Of a stretch of DNA of 64,000 nucleotides, positions 58,340-64,000 are shown piece by piece. This stretch comes from Amoebidium appalachense (Eukaryota > Protista > Ichthyosporea). Where the stretch lies: contig CAVNZM010000001.1 in the NCBI GenBank assembly GCA_963693365.1, positions 11,620,161-11,684,160 of the forward strand. The letters are read 5' to 3'. A program made the translations under genes and the position numbers. How positions within the stretch are numbered: position 1 is the stretch's first letter; each line of letters starts with the position of its first letter. The notes below the pieces were generated by a model, which saw nothing but the letters and a program-made list of their open reading frames with translations, was not told the origin of the DNA and searched no databases.

Positions 58340-59016
58340 ATTACTATGCATGTGTGCGTGCACAGCGTGTGAGCTTGTGTTTGTGCGTTTGTATAATGCG
58401 CTTACCACGGTGTGTGCCACGTGCTGCCAGTGTGACTCTGGATACACACGCGCGCGCGTGTGTATGTGTGATCCTGTGCGTGTGCATATATTTGTATGTG
58501 TGTTTTAAAAGGTGCTAGTGAGAGTTATACATCAGTATAGTTGTGAGGTCAGCTTGTACGAATCTTTGTGTTGGCGTATTTCGCCTTGGAGTCCCCTCTG
58601 AGTCCTTGGGTCTGTGGCCGTCAGACGTTGTCATAGTGGTGGATGGGGGTGATGTGTTTGTTCTTGTGTGTGCACCCGTGCTCGCATGTTGGCAAATTAG
58701 ATATCCATGTGAGCACGTTCATATATGTAAGCCATAAAAATCAACCAATTTTCGTGTGGAAGTGCCTTGCGCGCACAGACTGAGTGCGGTGCGTGTGCGT
58801 GTGCCTCGGTGTGGCACTGCACGTGTCCGATATAGCACTTATACACGTGGCCAAGCACGGACACTGTGTGTAACTGTGCACCTTTGCGCCACGTTCATGG
58901 TGAGTGGCTGTAGTAAGCACCCAGAGCCTGCGAATCATACACGTACACGACATTTAACATATCTTGTGAAAGCTGGATATTAACTCATGAGGTTTCGAGG
59001 CCAAGCAGCACGGCGA

Positions 59017-59052
<36 letters not shown>

Positions 59053-59630
59053 ACACACACCCCACCCCCTTTCGCCAAATACACACGTGCACACCAGGCC
59101 ACGTGCACCCCAACCCAACCCGCCCCCGGAGTCTACAGCCACCGCCAATCGCCTTCTTCAGCAAAAGCACAAGAAAAGCAAAAAAAGAATTGTAAAAACT
59201 GCTCGACACACTGGCACACGGGACAACACACATGACATACTCAGTGTACACACTTCCCACTTTCATCCATAGAACACACACGTGTACCAGGTCCATGGAT
59301 AGATTCAGGGGATGTGTATGTAGTGGACCGTCTGATCATGACACGTGTGTACTCGTGGGACATTCAAGTATACGTATAGCGTGTGTGTGTAGGGACCTGT
59401 TTGTGCACGTGCGGGTGTACAAAGCATAGTGACAACTATGGTTATAATTAGTGTTTCATATTCTGAAGCCTCTAAGTTAGGCGAGTGCACGCGATCCGGT
59501 GTACTGTACGTACCGTGATAAGTGCACTAGGCTGTCGAACTTCACTCAAGTCTATTTCTTGTATGAATCTCTAGACCTGTGTCTTGATAGAATCGATTCA
59601 TTTTCTTTCCCTTTTTTTTTTTTTTTTTGT

Positions 59631-59661
<31 letters not shown>

Positions 59662-61541
59662 GGCAGCTTCTCCCTCCTCGAGACCTCTCATTCGATGCAG
59701 CAACCTTTACATGTAGAGCATGGAAAGGGCGCCTGGAAATATTCCGTTTCTAAACCATGCCGTTCTTCTTTCTGAATCTACAGGATTGGTTGTAATGCTG
59801 CCCGAGGGCTGTACCGTGCACGTGCCCGTCGATAATGAATACATAGTGTACATTAACTGTCCAATCTCATCAATACTTATTCGCTGTTTTGAAGTATGTG
59901 TGCTGCTGCACGTGGTGGTAGTCACTGTGATGGTGTGTGTGTGTGTGCGTGTGCGTGCGTGCGTGCGTGCGTGCGTGACGGTGTGTGTGTGTGTGTGTGT
60001 CACGGGTGAGGGTGGTAGCCGGGTGGGTGGGTGGGTGGGTGGGGGGGGGGGGGGGGGGGCTCTATAAGCTTGTTCGTGTGCACGTCGGTCACCGTGACAT
60101 GGAATTGATTCAGTGTAAATAAGTGACTATAATGGCACACCTTTGGTATTTCAGGGGGGAATGATTAATTTAACCAACTATTGAATACACTCTACCTAAA
60201 TGTTTTTAATATATATTATCGTGTATTATTAGGAAAGGGGACCTGTCAGGCACACTTAAAACTGCCGGCAGCTGAATAGGATACGACGACGGACACTTTA
60301 CTTGATATGAATCCTATAGCTAATGCATCCCCACTACAAGTACATAAATTCGGGTTACGCAACAGAATTATTTCAAAGGCTGGTTTATTATAACCAAAAA
60401 AGGTGGGTTACCATGATATTCCTACCTTTTTTTAATGTTTTATAAAACTTTTTTTTTATCAATACCACAGACACGAAAAATTATACGCGTACGGAAAGGA
60501 ACTCTGACGGGACACGAATCACACGCGACGACGTTCACTCATACGGACACTGATTCCATGGCTCGGACAGAGACACGTGCAACATTTACTTTCACACCAC
60601 AGGTGAAAAAATGACGCAAAATACAAAAAAAGAACAGGTAAAAAAAAAAAAAAAAAAAAGGGGGTACAGGAAGTTGGATTTTAAACCGCAGCGTCAACGG
60701 CACGCAAACATTCCACAGTTACATACTCGACGTCGATACATCCCTAGTACATGACATGACATACACACGTTTCACTTTCATCCATAGAACACACGCATGG
60801 TTCACTTGTGCGGCCTTGGTATACAACCAAAAGCTACAACGCAAACAAATATGAAGGAAAAAAAATTCTACCCACATTACGTAAACATGTAAAATGTTAC
60901 ATAAGAAAAAGGCACTCAGGTGGGCTAGTTCTGGTTGGTGTTGGATGCCTGGGTGGCAGGCGTGCGGTTGGGACTGCCCACAAGAGAGTTGCACTCTACT
61001 ACACGGACAGTAAACATTCAACGAACATATATGAAAAAAGTGCCAATACATAAAAACATAAAATAAAAACAAAGAAGGTCAACAAAAAGAAAAGAAGGGG
61101 GAAAAAAAAGGGCGGGGAAGGAGAGCAAATACACGGAAATTCCTATCGGATGTCTTCTACAAGGGCACCACACATGGCACACAACAAACAGAGACAATAT
61201 TCGTGGGCCCAAAATCCGAAGCTAGCCTATTCTACCTACACAACCTAGCTATACCTACTCGGAAAAGAACACGTTGTTCTACCGGTAACACGACGCTATG
61301 ATCTACGACACCCAGTGTTGTTCTCTACTGGATACAAAAAGGACAGAACGGCACACGTTTTCCCCCCACAGGTGAGGTTGGGGTTCACGAGACATTTCTG
61401 CAGATGCCCACACACACCGCGTCAACAGACATCAACAGTAACACCACGTCCTGTGCACGGAAACGGGACACATCAGCACACCAGGGAAAGGCGAACACCC
61501 ATGTAAGAACAGAAGGCCGGAAAAGCAAACAAACGAAGGGG

Positions 61542-61578
<37 letters not shown>

Positions 61579-61829
61579 GGGGGGGGGGGGGGGCTGCACT
61601 TTCTTCATGGTAAGGGGTGATTCGCAAGCACTGCAGCTGTGCTGTGCGCATTTACAGGATTATACATGCATGCTGGGTAGGGTGAGGTACATTGTGTGCA
61701 TTCCAATAGTTTGTGAGTGTACCGTGTGTGGTGGTTTGTGTGCGTGTGTTGGGGGATGGGAGGGCAGGGGAAGAGAGGGGAAGCAGCGCGGGGGGTTGGG
61801 GGGGGGGGGGGGGGTATGCACAACCTAAA

Positions 61830-62399
61830 CTACAGATTGTACGTCTCGACCAGCTTGTTTCTGAGAGGTGGAGGGAACTGGTCGAAGTACTGCTTCCAGC
61901 CATCTTCCCCAACACTCGACTTGAATCCGTGCAGGATCTGAAAGTAAAGCGTGTGAGTACTGTGTGCACATGGCCTAGCTTGGAATTACTGTGTGCACAC
62001 CGAACCAGTTGAAAGGTACTGTGTGCACACCGAGCCATTTTGAAGGTACTGTGTGCATATCGAACTAATTCAAAAGTACAGTGTACACACCAAAACAGTA
62101 CAACAAAAGTACTGTGTGCACATCGAACCATTTCAAAAGTACTGCGTGCACACTAAACCAGTCAAAAAAGTACTGTGTGCACACCGAAAAAGCAGGTTCG
62201 ATTGAAAAGTAGTCAATATGGTAACAAACAAAATGAGACAATGCCACAACCGTGTGTCCTTCTTCTTATTCTTATTATTATCATTATTATTCCTATGACT
62301 ATTATTATTATTATAACCTTTTCTTTCTTTCTTTTTTTTTTTTTTTTTTTTTTTTTTTGGGGGGGGGGGGGGGGGGTGGTGGTGGTGGTGTGTGTGTGT

Positions 62400-62457
<58 letters not shown>

Positions 62458-62743
62458 TTCAGAAAAACTGGATAACACTCATGAAAATGATTCAACACAC
62501 GAGCCGCAAACACAACTACACCCCGCAGGCCTCTTGCATTACTCTACTGGAACACTGCAAACACATCAATCAACTGAAATCACGGACAGACAAACGGGGG
62601 CATACCCTGTGGAAGAGAGCCTTGAGGTCATCCTGTGGGTTGGACCACGAGGCAACGGCGTCGCAGAAGTAGATGAACGGCTGTAGGGAAGAGTCTGTGT
62701 GAGCTTGTATTTTCTCCTCCCCCCCCTCCCTTTTTTTTTTTTT

Positions 62744-62774
<31 letters not shown>

Positions 62775-63111
62775 GGGGAGCTGCTATGATGCATAGCAAC
62801 AAGTGAGTGATGATAGGAACAGAGTGTGTGTTATGTATGTCGTGGATGCTTATTCGTGTCGGAACACGAGGTTGGGAGAGAGACCTGGTAACAGGAACAT
62901 GTCTTGCTCTGTGTGTTTGTGTCTGTGTGTGTGTGGGTGGGGTGGGGGGTTTTTTTTTGGGGGGGGGGGGGGGGGGGGGGGTTTGGGTTGGGGAGGGGGA
63001 GGATTCCTAACCTGCACCACACCCTTAGGGTTGACCAGAATCATGGCACACACACCACGGAAGGCCGAATCCTTTTCGGCATTGTCCCGAATGTTGCGCA
63101 GAGACAGGCAC
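61830..63111 (-). CDS. TNPO1: Transportin-1 (importin beta-2), last three exons; gene extends beyond the window
   Basis: 63111-63012 [33 protein letters not shown]; 62680-62606 [25 protein letters not shown]; 61937-61830 [35 protein letters not shown]. Matches the recalled TNPO1 C-terminus; GT-AG junctions. Confidence 0.92.
61957..62190. repeat. Intronic minisatellite, about 8 x ~30 bp
   Basis: GTACTGTGTGCACA core recurring every ~30 bp in the last transportin intron. Confidence 0.85.
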
Positions 63112-63749
63112 CTGTGTCGTGCAGGCGGCGATTGCCGTTAGTGATCCGCATCCAATCAGGACACACGGAGGCACATAGAAAGTTCTACATGGGAATAACA
63201 CAACATTTCAAGGACAGGCTGTGTGCTATGGTGTGCACTCCCTGGGCAGCAGGGGGAGAAGGGGGGGGGGTTTGAATGCGTCATAAAGTACGAAGTACAC
63301 AAGAACAAACGGATAACACGATGCAGAATGCAAGCCATACACACCGAGTATGCATAATAAGCAGAGCCCATCCTCAGGGGGGGCCCACGTCATCCACAGT
63401 ACCCAAGTTTCGACCTATTCACCTCGTTAACGAAATCCAACTCAGATACTGTTTCACTTAAACATGGGTAGGTCACCCGTCTTGATCAGAGACGAGCAGG
63501 GTTGCATATGCAGGCAAGGGCAGTGGGAAAGGCTGGGGGTAAAAGTTGCAGCAGTAAGCAGAAGCAAGAAAAATATAGATAGGAACTCAGGAGACGGGGC
63601 TTCTGGGAAGCTCCCCCATCGCTACCTAAGTCGATACTTCCCTGGCTAATATACTACACCAGCTGGAAAGAATTAAGCCCCGAAGGCCGCAGAATTCGCA
63701 ATCAGAGGGGAAAAATATGAGATTAGACCCACGCCGCAGGGTAGTAACA

Positions 63750-63786
<37 letters not shown>

Positions 63787-63792
63787 TAACCT

Positions 63793-63836
<44 letters not shown>

Positions 63837-64000
63837 CGGGTGCGCCCACTGCATGCATGCATGCACGTGCCTGTGTATGTTGATGTGTGGATATGAGAAA
63901 GGGCGGAAGGGTGTGAGTGAGTGTGAGTGTGTGAGTGTGTGAGTGTGTGTGTGTGTGTGTGGGGGGGGGGGGGTCGTCGAGCACAAACCATGGGTGGATG

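Noticed and set aside
61957-62190. CRISPR-like repeat-spacer pattern
   Set aside because: The ~15-bp inter-core segments are related to each other; this is an ordinary minisatellite.

Overview
Eukaryotic, intron-rich genomic DNA saturated with (CA)n, (GA)n and poly-G/C runs; most ORF-track entries are low-complexity artefacts. The genes look opisthokont-like, but the taxon cannot be fixed from the sequence. Host genes: 5' part of a WDR20/CreC-like gene (-), head-to-head with a 10-coding-exon importin-alpha gene (+); an intronless secreted Cys-rich orphan (-); a GlpF-type aquaglyceroporin with NPG/NAA motifs and a very long loop C (-); and the last three exons of transportin-1 (-). The central ~29 kb (17.3-45.8 kb) is a nested stack of mobile elements. 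A degenerate non-LTR RT element is split by a chromodomain Ty3/Gypsy element that has a 3' LTR only and an in-frame TAG between gag and pol. The Gypsy protease is split by an intact Ngaro-type tyrosine-recombinase retrotransposon. Its 3' split repeats are split by an 11.6-kb TIR element carrying an intact endonuclease-less RT ORF and a ~184-bp tandem array. A second TIR element also interrupts the outer RT. All calls come from manual reading and recalled motifs; no searches were run.
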